A stretch of 34,420 nt of DNA from Catajapyx aquilonaris. Taxonomy: Eukaryota. Below the pieces are notes generated by a model. That model made no database searches. It saw nothing but the letters and a program-made list of their open reading frames with translations, and was not told the origin of the DNA. The position numbers and the translations under genes are program-made. Positions 12,700-24,316 of this stretch are shown one piece after another (positions within the stretch are counted from its first letter, which is position 1; the number at the start of each line of letters is the position of its first letter). The stretch lies in assembly GCA_000934665.2 (NCBI GenBank), contig JYFJ02004142.1:1-34420 (forward strand), given 5' to 3'.

Positions 12700-12960
12700 T
12701 AATGGTCAAAAACCAAGCACCGTTGCCACTGCACGCACACAAGAACCGGAATTATCTTACCAGGAAAGTAACACCCAAAATTCTAAATTTGAATTTTAAA
12801 TTAATCTAGCTCAATTGGCACTATTAAAATGAGGTTTTAATAAAGTGGAATTATGAAGTGCGTCATAAGTATCGATGTTTCCTGCATATCGATAACATTG
12901 ATGGGCGCCATTTTCTAATCCAAGATGGCCGCTTCCTTTCACGTGGCGACGTGACTGATT
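12700..12960. promoter_or_regulatory. Putative bidirectional promoter between CENPJ and CCDC86 (DRE, YY1-type and E-box motifs)
   Basis: Start codons are divergent and about 570 bp apart. TATCGATA (DRE) at 12887-12894, near-DRE TATCGATG at 12870-12877, CAAGATGGCCGC (YY1/Pho-type) at 12921-12932 and CACGTG at 12940-12945. Confidence 0.6.
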
Positions 12961-13022
12961 TGGTGAGTCTGCTGTTGAATTCGTGGTTCTGAGAGCTTGT
13001 GGAGGATATTTGGAGGGCAGAA

Positions 13023-14510
13023 ATGGTTCGGACCAGAGCCAAGCGGTACTCGGAGGAGAGGGAAACTACGAACAGGAAGAGGAACGCTTCTGAAGAGTCT
13101 GAGGCGAGTGAGGCGGGTAAAGGAGATGGCCAAGGTGGGACAGAGGGACACAGAAGCCTGCCACCTGACCGGGAGGAATTGGCCAGTCGTGCAGATAATT
13201 CCATTCCGGATGCTGCTCCAACTGAAGTGAAGACGACGGAAGTAAATGAAGAGCTTCCCAACACCAATGGCACAGAAACATCTCGGGTTGGTGCAGAGGA
13301 GGCGGGTAAGGTCGACGCAGTTGTGGAAACGTTGCCTGCACCCACCACTGAAGGTGTTTCAGAAATGAAGTCAGTTGAACCAGTTGCCGAGATGATGGAC
13401 ACATCAGATGCAGCGCCCGAGACTGAGCCGCCTGCTCTTCGAGTTTCAGAAGTTGCACCAATAGAACCAGTTTTAGAGCTGGAGACCTCAGAAGCAGATT
13501 TAGAAACAAAGCCAGTTAATGCTGATTCAAAACCTACCATCACAAGGGTCGATGAGAATGTCACTGACGACGTAGTAGAGAGGATGGAAACTTCCGATGC
13601 CGATTCAGAGAAAGGACCAACTGTTTCTGATTCTGCAGAAGGCACTTCAGAAGCTGCCACACTGAAACCCTCCGGTGAAGTCTTAGAAATTAAATCAGTT
13701 GGTCCCACCCTGGAAACTCCTGCCAGTGCCGATGTAGAAAAGAATGCTGTTGAAGGAAATGAAGCTTCAGAGGTGTCCAGTGCTGCACCAGCTAAGGACA
13801 CTGAATCATCACCACTTACCTGCACATCAAATGGGACTCTTGAAATAAATTCAACCTCAAAACCTACAACTAAGGTATGACCCATTGCTAACTTTACAGA
13901 GTCGAGCATTTGAAGAGGTATTTAATTCCTTGCTTTTAATTTTGTAATTACAGGCATCAAAATCAGCCAAAAGGAAATCCAAAAAGAGGGAGGCAGAAGC
14001 ACCTTCACAGGAGCAGGTCATTCCAAGAGGAGTACCCAAGTCAGGCAGATTCTGGAAGATGCCTAAGGAAAAGTATGACTGTCCAAATTTAACTAGTATT
14101 GTAGTGCCTTATCAGCGAAATGAATGGTCCATAATTTCACACACCATTTGCAGGTTCTCCAAAACTATCAGGACGAAGGGCCTCAAGAGCTCATTTGAGA
14201 AAAAGATGGAAAAGAAACAGGAGTGGAAGAAAGTGCAAGGAATGGAGCGGGAGATGAAGGAGGCCAAGAAGCAGGAGAAGGAAGAGGTGCAGCGCAAACA
14301 AGAGGAGCGCAAGAAGATGAAGCTCGAGAATGAGCGCAAGGCTGAAGTAGTCCAAGTGGTAAGTCTCGGTTGCAGCTGGAAGAGTGGCAAAGTACTCATG
14401 TCACATCATTTCAGATCAAAAATCCTGCCAAGATCAAGAGGATGAAGAAGAAGCAACTCCGCATGATTGCCAAGAGGGACACCACCCAAATGGTGAAATC
14501 AGCTGTCTGA
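13023..14510 (+). CDS. CCDC86: Coiled-coil domain-containing protein 86 (Cgr1-like nucleolar protein) with a long acidic N-terminus, about 423 aa
   Basis: Exons 13023-13874, 13954-14072, 14154-14358 and 14415-14510. The C-terminus IPRGVPKSGRFWK...KKMEKKQEWKKVQ...[35 protein letters not shown] is the characteristic CCDC86 motif. Confidence 0.92.
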
Positions 14511-14990
14511 TAACATGTAAAATCTGAAATTAAAAATGCATTTTCCATTACTCGCTCTGGTCATTCCAAAAGACAAGGTTTTAAGGCAACCCCCATTTAC
14601 TGATAGATTTTTGTTGCACATGTAACATTTAACAAATGGCACCTCAGTTGTGCGCTACCAAGCACTGGGAGGAAGTTTGTGTATGTACACTGGTTGACCT
14701 GGTTTTATTCAGTCACAATAATTCACAACAACGTAGGGTAAATTTCGTGTTACGGGCCTGCTAAACATTTACTAAAATAAATTCTCTGTTCATTGTATGC
14801 ATGCATGGGAAAAACAGTGGAAATTATCCTCTACATTTGGCTACAGTGATCTCACTCTCCATATTTACTTTGCAACCTGCAAACACCACATGTGGTTCTC
14901 GGGCATGTCTAAATTACGTTCCTCCTAAATGTTCTCATGTGGAAAACTTAACCAAAAAAATATTGTCATGATATTTTGCTTGTGCTACGT

Positions 14991-17091
14991 CTAGTAGGCA
15001 TGTGCAGCCACAAACAAGTCCTTCCCGGCGGCGGCGCCAACACAGCTCCCAGCCACATACTTTCCAAGAGATGCTTCTCCACAGGCCTGTTCCAAGTGGT
15101 GGGGAAGGAAAGAAGTTTCTCATTAAATCGAAAAACCCTCCAAGAACATTCACTGAAATAATGCATGGTTGCAACTTCAATAATTCATGCATTCACTCGA
15201 GGAGAAAAAACTACAGCGCAGACAAGTGCGGTGAAACAATTAGTGCAACCAAGGAAAAACACAAACAAAAAATTAAACAGTCTGCTGCCATGCAAGAAAA
15301 CTTAGGTGTAACTGATAACAATTAATAACACAAAGATCTTAATTCATTTGGGAAAATGTTGGTTCACTCTCTTTTAATCCCAACAATGCGAAGGCAACTG
15401 TATCGGTGTGCTTCGTTAAGTTTTTGTTATGGACAGCAGACTGGTAGCAAAATAAATTGAAAAAAAGAGCAAGCAATCTACAAACCAAGCATAAGTCCAC
15501 ACATTCTCTCAAAAATAATTGTTGGGGGGTATCAGCAATGCAGTTTAATAAGAGTGTGTGGCCACAAAGTTGGACTTGTCGGCAGCAAGGCTCTTGATCA
15601 AGCCAGGCGTGTACTTGCCCTGGCAGGCCAAACCATTCGCCTAGATGAGGAGTGGGCACGGAAAATTAAGTATTGGACACATGATGCACAACTGAAACAC
15701 ATGGGCTTTGCTGGCGGGAAACCTGCAGAGTGGTCAGCACTTTTCTAGCAAACAGTTGACTGTTAAAGAGACACTCCACTCAAATTTGCATTGCCAAAGC
15801 TCCAGTGCTTTATTCAGCATTTATGCAAATTTGAGTTGCACAAACTGCAGGTCCCCCTGAAAATAATGTAATGTTTCACTTCATGCAACATGATCACATC
15901 CCATGCCATATGCGATATGCCTCCCACCCCTCTAAGTTACCTTAGCACGCTTCAGAAGCTCGTCCTGCCCAGCCTTGACGTTCTCAGGCTTGCCTTGCCA
16001 GGCCCTGAGCACAGAGGCCTGAAGAGCACGGCCGTAGCTGAAGGTCAGCTTCCAGGGCTTGATGAGGGTATTGGCATTGATGGCATTCAAGTGGACAGTG
16101 GCCTCTTCTTCTGACTGCCCACCAGACAAGAAGGTAACTCCAGGGACAGCAGCAGGAACGGTGCGCCTCAGGGCAGTAACGGTGGCACGAGCAACTTCTT
16201 CGGGGGTGAACTTGGTGGGGCATGACTGGCCAGCCATCACCATGTTGGGTTTCAGAAGGGTGCCCTCCAAGTACACGTGGTGGTCTTGCAGAGCCTTGTA
16301 CACGAAGCTCAAGACCGCCTCAGTCACCTAGAAGGAAATGTAATGAGCATTTTTAAAGCCATTTTGAGGGATGGCCAAGGTGCCCAACATCATCCCAGAA
16401 ACACTGTCTTGAGGTGCCCCCTTAAACCTCGAGATACTTGCATCCTGATCTGACAAAATCATTGGCATATCTTACGCACCTTCTGGGCACGATCCAGGTC
16501 ATGCTCTCCATCAGGGAGCACCTCAGGCTCAACAATGGGTACGATCCCATTGGCCTGGCAGATGGAAGCATAACGGGCCAGCACATTGGCATTCTCCAGC
16601 ATGGCGTGGAAGGAGGGAGTGTTGCGCTTGATCTTCAGCACACAACGCCACTTGGCGAAGTGGCACCCATCCTTCTTGTACTGGGCACAGCGCTTGTCCA
16701 GGTCATCCAGGCCCTGGGTGGTGCACTCATCCTCAGACCCAAACAGGTTCACGACTCCCTTGTCCAGCTTGATTCCTGGGATGATGTTGCGCTGACGAAG
16801 CAGCTCAATGAAAGGGGTTCCATCATCAGCCTTCTGGTACACAGTCTCATGGAAGAGGATGACACCAGAGATGTTATCTCCAATCATGGGATCGGTGGCG
16901 AAGAGAAGCTGGCGGTACTTGCGGCGGTTCTCCTCAGTGTTCTCCACGCCAATCTCCGTCAGGCGCTTGCCGCATGTCGTCACAGACTCATCAGCAGCCA
17001 GAATACCCTTTCCGGGTGCAACAATTGCCTCTGCAATCTTGCGCAGCTCCTGCTGCAGTTCTGGAGTGGGGTACTGGAAGTAAGTAGTCAT
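14991..17091 (-). CDS. Ald1: Fructose-bisphosphate aldolase class I, 364 aa, with alternative terminal exons
   Basis: Exons 17091-16480 and 16327-15941, then either 15640-15545 ([31 protein letters not shown]) or 15086-14991 ([31 protein letters not shown]). Motifs: [36 protein letters not shown], the Schiff-base Lys in [21 protein letters not shown] and [10 protein letters not shown]. Confidence 0.97.
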
Positions 17092-19789
17092 GTCGAATGC
17101 TGAAAAGAGGACAGGATGCAAATTATTCCTGCACACTAGGAAGATGGCAACAGTTGATTCCAATCATGTTCCAACAATAAGAACACAAATTCACTGCATC
17201 AGCAGCTGCCACATATGGCATATTCTATAAAAATACATTATATCTCAGAGAGTGCATATGTCCCACCTGGAATAATCACAAGTCAAATAGCAGCCCTGAC
17301 CTTGAACAGGCACAAGGCCACAAGGGCAGACTTCTATTCCTGCAAGCTATAGTTGCACACAAATCCAGATGTCTGGACAGGGAACACTGACACTAGATAT
17401 TGTCTTGTTCAAGGCTACCATTACATGGTGTCACGCAGTAAGGCTCTCAGTACAAGTGATTATTCCCACGCCACCATGTTCTGATATGAAATGACCCACG
17501 CCACTATGCCTTCCCATTTCACGCTACTCCGATTAGATAACAAACTCATTAATGACAACCAATATGTTATATCAAACTGCCTAGCACTGCCAATATCGCA
17601 AGTCCCAAAATATTACAGATGCATAATTACTTGGCGGTTCCACTGAAAATCCTACTGAACAATTACAGCCAGGCAAGAAAGGTCACCCTTTCACCCCAAC
17701 AGCTCCCCTCAAGTCCCATTGACCCCATTTATCTTAACAGTTCTTGTCAGAAAGGGGAGCCCAGTTCAAGGATAGCCTCAACTTCCTCCCCAGACTTCCA
17801 CTTTCCCTGCTCCAAATCAATCTCATTACCCACTTCCCCACATGAATCACACATGAAAGGCAAATATGTTCCAAGTTATTCCACAAACACCATCATATGA
17901 GTATTAACGTTGCCACATATACACTACGATTGAGCAAAACACATTATATGCCATCCCACATCATGGCCTCATTCTCGACACAACCACATTGCCCTTTTGT
18001 TTGACTCCTTTGCATATATAGGTAAGGTTGGCGCAAGGACATTAATATTTAGAGTCTAGGCATGGAGCCAGTATCCTCAAGTAGCCTTGGCCTTCAAACC
18101 ATGTAGGCTAAAAGGAGGATGGGTCGTTGAGCCACGCCACGAACTAGGAAAGGCACCTGAGCAGCTTCCCCAACTCAATGAGACATCACAGGTGTATTGG
18201 AATCAGTTGTATAGGAATGCTCAGGCAGGTTATCTTATCCTGCGTATTTCAAAGTCACCTTTCCTTGCATTTTCAAGGCCGTTCCAATTGGCAACCGCCA
18301 GGAAAACTATGCAATTGTTTCAGAACTGTAAGGCGCTTATGCCGTAACACCCTGATGAGGTCATTAGAATGTTCTTCCTGACTCCTAAGGTCCTTCCTGT
18401 CCATTCTAAAAGTCGTGACCTTAGCAGAGTCTTACATGATGAGGTCCGAGTGCAACATTTGATTCCTTAGTGCAAACTATATCTCGTGCAATAAACTCGG
18501 GGGAATTGCGGCTAATTATATCTCCCATAAAATCAATAAAATTACATGTACCCAGCATTAAAAATTCTCCCAGCAGCAGATTCCTGATTGGTTATCATAA
18601 GTTTTGAGACCTTGGCTCTCATGACATCTTATCAGTTCCATAGTCAAATTCTTCAATTTGAAAGTTCTACTGGGCTAAGTCCCAATTTGACCAATAGCAT
18701 TGCCCATTACAGTCTGACTGTCAATTTACCATGATGCAATGCCTACCTTTACATGCCATCATTTACGGCCATTACTAAATCATTGCCGAGCCTACGTGCA
18801 TGGTGCACTGCGGCGGTATGACTTCACGACAACCCCAAAATGTGCAAACCCCTTCCATATCCCGTTGGTATAATACCGTAAGGGTCTGGTGTTTTGGGTC
18901 TCTCAGGTCCGCAAGCCTCTAGTCGTGCTAAGGATGCAGGTGGCTTTCCGCAGCACCCTGGACACACTTGCTTGGTCTTATCACTGTAACACGACTTGGT
19001 ACAGTTGCAAGGCATATCTCGCCAAGCAAGCCCGTCTCTCCTGCCTGTCTCCTGCTCTCACTTTGTTGTGTTCCAAACACCGGCAACACAACAATGCCCC
19101 CCTCCAACGGTGCCAACCCCATGACAATGCTATGCTTACCGGTTGTGCAGGGTTCAACCTGGGAGAGCGATGCAGGCACGTCCTATCCGATGGGGACTCA
19201 AGGGCGAAGAGGTCGACTCTTTCGGCACGTCACAAGCTCTCCGGAATGGGGGGAAAAAAAAGTGGGGGAGTGGGGAGAGGGTGGGAGAAATTGATATGAA
19301 AAAAAGTGCAGTCGCGTGCCCTCCAGCGGCCACCCACCCAACTAGGCGACTCGATTGTTTCGAGGGCGTTGCCAGAGTTATGGGGTTGGAAGCAGGGTTG
19401 CCGGATGGAGCAGGGTACGCTACAATTCGGGGCTGCTGTGCCAATAAAAGTGCCGACGTCGATACACTCCCGGTGCACTCGGCAGGTACTGTACTGCACT
19501 GGGGGGAGGGCTGGGGGCGGTACCGGTGGCCATACCGGTGCTCTGGAGGAGGGCAGGGGGGCACGTTGTTGTGCGAGTGTGTCAACAGAATATTGTTGTG
19601 AGGTGTCGTTTGCATGGGTTGAATGTACTGCATGGGCATGGCTGTGTGGTGGAATCGGGTCACTTACAAATACAGCAGAATAAAACCTGGCCGGGCACCT
19701 GGCCGTAACGGAAACATTCCTCAACGTGTCGCATGTGACGATTACAACATGAATGTACTCGTCTAAACTGTGCGTGTTTGCAGGCAACG

Positions 19790-20632
19790 ATGAAGGAGAA
19801 GAAGGCCCACAAGCGTCGCAGTCGCTCGTCGTCCTCGTCCGTAACGTCCTCTGGTAGTGGGAGTGATTCGGATGCTGAGAGTAAGAAGAGGCGTAGTCTG
19901 GCGCGGAAGGAGAAGAAGCGTTTGAAGAAGGAGAAGAAGAAGAAGCGCAAGGAGATACGCAGGTTAAAAAAGAGGATCAAGGTTGCAGCAGCAGCCAGGG
20001 ATAGAAAACTTGCCCAGAGTAAGGAGGCATCGGCACCGGCGCCAGCGCCTGAGCCGGAAGTGGCAGCAGGGAGCAGCGGGGTTGATCCCGAGGACCGCCT
20101 GGCCAAAGATGCTGAGGAGGCAACGGGTATGAAGCGGAAAGCCATGGCTCCCATGACCAAAGAGGAGTGGGAGAAGCAGCAGAGTGTGGTGCGCCGGGTC
20201 ACCGACCCAGAAACTGGACGCACCAGGTCACTTTTATAAATGCTATATGAACATGGAATTTCAAAATTTTTGCTGGCTGCTACAAAGTGGCTCTTAAATT
20301 ACTATCCACAACCCACTAGTATGAACTGATCAAAAATTCAAATCCTTTCTTGGAATTTCACTGCAGAATGACAAATGTGCGATTAGGATTCATGATCAAA
20401 GAAGGTTGAAGCCATGGTGTAGCATCTCTATTTTTGTAAAAATATCGACTTGTCAAATTATTATAACTCTCATGCTGTTTATACCCACTGTATTTGCAGG
20501 TTGGTGAAAGGAGATGGCGAGATACTAGAGGAGATTGTGTCTCGTACGCGACACCAGGCAATAAACCGCCAGGCAACATCTGGCGATGGTGCCTATTTCC
20601 AGTCCCAGCTGAATACGCGTGTAAATAAATAA
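19790..20632 (+). CDS. ARL6IP4: ADP-ribosylation factor-like 6 interacting protein 4 (SR-25 family), about 189 aa
   Basis: Exons 19790-20226 and 20500-20632. Ser- and Lys-rich N-terminus, then the conserved [62 protein letters not shown]. Confidence 0.92.
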
Positions 20633-20833
20633 ATTCGACAGTAAATGGGACCAACCTGCACTTTTATTTCCTTCTCGACAGGAATGAACTGATACAAAAC
20701 AATGCTGAGCCCTGTGAACGTTTCCATATAAAAATATACATATAATATACCCCTTCAAGTCTGGAAGAGCTGAGACTTGTCCCAAATAATGTACATGCGA
20801 TCCTTCACCCACGCCAAATGGTACCCTGCTTTA

Positions 20834-23800
20834 TCAAAAGAGTTGTATGAAGTGTGTGGTGGCTCCGTCCCGCCACACTGGATCATCCACCACCTGCGCC
20901 CTGCACATGGGGCAGGTGCGCTCCCGGTCAAACCAGGTTGCCACGCACTCCTCGCAGAAGATGTGCTTGCAATGGAGCATTGTGGGTGTTGCAAAGGAGT
21001 CGTGGCAGATGGGGCATTGGTTGCCAACTGCACTCACTTGCTCCAGTGATGGGCTAAATCCATATTGCTATGAACAAACACTGATTAGTCACTCTTAGCG
21101 CATGTCGTATATGCAGGAATATTTCCAATCAGTTTTCACATATTCAATTGCATGCCATGTTGTAAACTTTTGGATATTAATTTTTCTGTGATGCTAAGTA
21201 ATAAGTTTCCTTGTCAACGTGCAAGAGAGTAATATTTCGTGAAAGTCATCTGCTCCAAGCACAATGTCCATCAATTCTGATTGGCACAAATAAATGTCTT
21301 GCCATTGGAACGGCTGTAGCAAGTTATGCTGCTGGTTGATGCGGAAAACTTACCACATTTTGAAGCAGCTTAAAGGCAGCAGCTCTCCATGCACGAACCC
21401 TCTGGATCAGGTCGCTGCCTTTGGCCATCATGTATGCGGCCACCAAGAGTACACCAACAACTCGACTTGCACCTTCGTAAGCTTCAAACAAGTAATAAAG
21501 CCAGGGGTGGATGGGACACAGGCTGCGGTACAGCTGGGAACTCTCCTCTATAAACAGGTAATATTTGCCCTTGAAATGGAAGAAAAAGAGGGGTCAGACA
21601 CATCTCACCGAACAGCTAACAATGTTCATAAGCTGTACGTACCCTCTTAGGAAATGGTAAGAGGACCTGACTTGGTATGGCCACAATTACCATTTTCAAT
21701 AGTATAGTTATCAGCTTCAGCACATAGTCGGTAATACCAACTACCCACAGAAGGTCCCACACTGACATGTTTTCAAGGTTCGGTGGGAAAAATATCAAAC
21801 TGTAAAGAAGTAACAGAACGTTATCGCTGATGTTTGAAAGTTGCTACTGGACCGCTTACCTCAAGTAAAGCTTCTCCTCCTCGAATATGAAGTAAATGAA
21901 GAGCATACATGCCAACAAGTTAACAGCTACAATGAGCAGGGAGCCCAACTGCCTCTTGCTCTGCTTCCCCACTTCCCTTTTGACTGCTGAATTAGCATGG
22001 CTGAAGGTGACTGCCAGACCCGCAAACACCAGCAAGCCTAGGTAAAATTTGTCAATGGATCATACAAGATCATCACAGAATTTAAATATTATGGCCACTC
22101 CTACTAACCTGTCCTGTGGTCATAAATTCCCTTGGCAAGTAGGATGAGAACAAACGTCACATACTTCTCAAACACATTGAGAACAGCACGTATCTCAGGA
22201 TTCTGTCGCAGTATGTCGGCAGCATTCCCAGTCCGCTCGGCCAGAGTGTTGTTGTTGTTGTTTTGGGCACCCCCATCCCCACCTGCTGCTGCTCCTGCGC
22301 CTCCCTCCCCTGCTTGCACCCCAACCCCAACTCCTCCAGCATTGTTGTGGTCGTTACCATTGGGAACTCCATCCACATCTATCACAAACTGGTTCTCTGG
22401 CAAGTCAGCAGTAGGTGGTTGTGGTTCTGGTGATAATGGTCCATGATTGTGGTGGAGGTGGTGGTGGTGGTGGTGTGTATGGCTCACTGCATCCTGTAGG
22501 AATGACAACCACACGAAATTAGTCACCTGTGTCATTTTCAATATAACATGAAACCAACCATGTTGTTTACAAGCCTTTCCGAACCAAAAATAAGTATAAA
22601 AACAGTGAATTACTGCAATCCCAACGCTTTTTTTTTGGGAGGCCTGTTACATAATCTCATCATCATGTAAATTAACTCCTCATGACATTTCAATTTCCCT
22701 TGCTTATACCAGCCTACTACTTTACACCATTGAGTCATCAGTACGCAGAATCAGCAATTCAACTACTATAATACACACCAAGTACTTCAAGTAGTACCAC
22801 CACTCACAGTATGTCACGGAAATTATTTCAGGCATGATGTTTAGGGAAAAGGAACGTTGCAAGAAATGCTTGAATCGCAAAACCAAACAAAAACACCTCA
22901 AGAACATGATTAGAACTCTTTTTTCTAACTGAACTTTGCAAAGAAAACAGCTGAACACAAAATGTGCCACTATCAGGTACAGCAGTGTAATGGATGTTGT
23001 ATGTTGTATTTCTAGTTCAAGCAATCTCTTCTCTATCTCTATAAATAAGGAAGTTTGTCAGTTTATTTGTCAATTTGGATGTTTGTCCCTTATAGAAATC
23101 CGGGGGAAGGCCCCTACACCGCCTTAAATGAGCATATCGGGAGTTACATTTTTCAAGGAATTTAATGCCGCATGTTTCAGCTTCCGAAAATGAACCTAAC
23201 ACCCATAACACGCATATTCCCAATTAACCAATTATCAATTACCTATTTAACAATATTCATAGATTTCCATGGTAATGCCCTCATTACATTGTAGGCCTAC
23301 CACCATAACAATGACCATAACATACCCGGGCAACTCCGGGTAACCTGCTAGTTTCTAAATAAAATGACTTCTTACTACAGGTCAAGAATGATATTGTTTG
23401 CTTCTTCCTTCAAGGTCAACTTCACAAAAGAAAAAAGCTAACAAACATCTCAGAGGGAAATAACCTGTCACAGGTTTTCCCCTTCAAGTTCTACGCACTG
23501 TAACTTCATTACAAATCAATGAAAGAACATCAACATTTAGAAGTAACAGAACACTTATCCAAACCTTCTTAGGGCCGGTTTCACCGAGCTCAGTATATGA
23601 TAAAACCAGGGTATTTCTCAAAATCCCTATCTATTTGTATGGATTTTCCTAAAGAAACCTGGTTTTATAATATACCAAGCTCGGTGAAACCGGCCATTAG
23701 TCGCATCATTTATTCTCTAATTAGTTGTCCTCCTGGCAAATCAGCCCTACACTCCCCCTTGCTTCACTTAGGCCTTGTCTGTTTGGCTGCTCCAAAATAG

Positions 23801-24316
23801 TCTCAATTAGGTCCATTGGCCTTGTGGCACATACAGGGCCGATGGAAGTCAGGGGAGCTAACTCCAAATCAGTTCAGACCAGACAAATGGGCGCCCGTTC
23901 GTGCAGGCTTTGGCTAATCAATTATGTCTCTTGCCATGTCACTTGAGAATCATTAATGTGTTAACAAAACTTGACATTTTATAGAGGAAGCAGGTAAATC
24001 AAAACGATATGTCAAATATTGTACTTCCTAAGGAATGAGATATTTCTGCAATAAGCAGCCACCATTTCAACCTTACCCTGCCATTCCGAGTGTGACGAAG
24101 AAGCGTCTGCTCTACAAATGGCCTGAGTCCCCTAACAACTTGGTGCAGATCACCCCGCAGGTGCAGTGAGGAGGGCAAGTTTGCCCTGCGCCAGTCAGAC
24201 AGGCGGGCTGATCCAAACGAGCCTAGGTTCAGCCTGCTTGACCCTGGTTGTGGTTGCTCTGGTGGATCACGCGACCCACCTTCTAACGAGCCATTCAGTC
24301 CACCTCCTTCAGCCAT
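20834..24316 (-). CDS. RNFT2: RING finger and transmembrane domain-containing protein (RNFT1/RNFT2 family), about 469 aa
   Basis: Exons 24316-24077, 22493-22109, 22037-21860, 21799-21643, 21569-21354 and 21067-20834, in frame. Has a His-rich tract, several hydrophobic TM segments (WDLLWVVGITDYVLKLITILLK, GKYYLFIEESSQLYRSLCPIHPW) and a C-terminal C3HC4 RING CPICHD...CKHIFCEECVATWFDRERTCPMCRA...WRDGAT. RNFT1 versus RNFT2 cannot be resolved from the sequence. Confidence 0.88.
23025..23351 (+). mobile_element. Non-autonomous Helitron in an RNFT intron
   Basis: 5' A|TC start (23025, or alternatively 23036) followed by TCTATAAATAAGG and GTTTGT-rich sequence. Subterminal hairpin TACCCGG-GCAACT-CCGGGTA at 23323-23342. 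Terminal CTAG at 23348-23351 followed by T. No TSD. Confidence 0.78.
23572..23696. mobile_element. 125-bp PIF/Harbinger (Tourist-like) MITE
   Basis: Perfect TIR core GGCCGGTTTCACCGAGCT...AGCTCGGTGAAACCGGCC, extending imperfectly through TATAT-ATAAAACCAGG. Flanked by a TTA duplication at 23569-23571 and 23697-23699. Confidence 0.85.

Noticed and set aside
12863..13909. 348-aa minus-strand ORF
   Set aside because: Antisense shadow of the low-complexity CCDC86 exon 1. It is Ser/Val-rich with no recognisable domain.
16438..17103. 221-aa plus-strand ORF, and similar antisense ORFs over CENPJ, ARL6IP4, MRPL57 and AIFM3
   Set aside because: These coincide with real exons on the opposite strand and are explained by codon bias.
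18352..18395. CTGATGA followed by a short stem (hammerhead- or snoRNA-like)
   Set aside because: No GAAA or cleavage-site helix, and too short for a C/D snoRNA.
19143..19787. Several overlapping 125-185 aa ORFs on both strands
   Set aside because: GC-rich promoter/5' UTR region with few stops, and no recognisable protein features.
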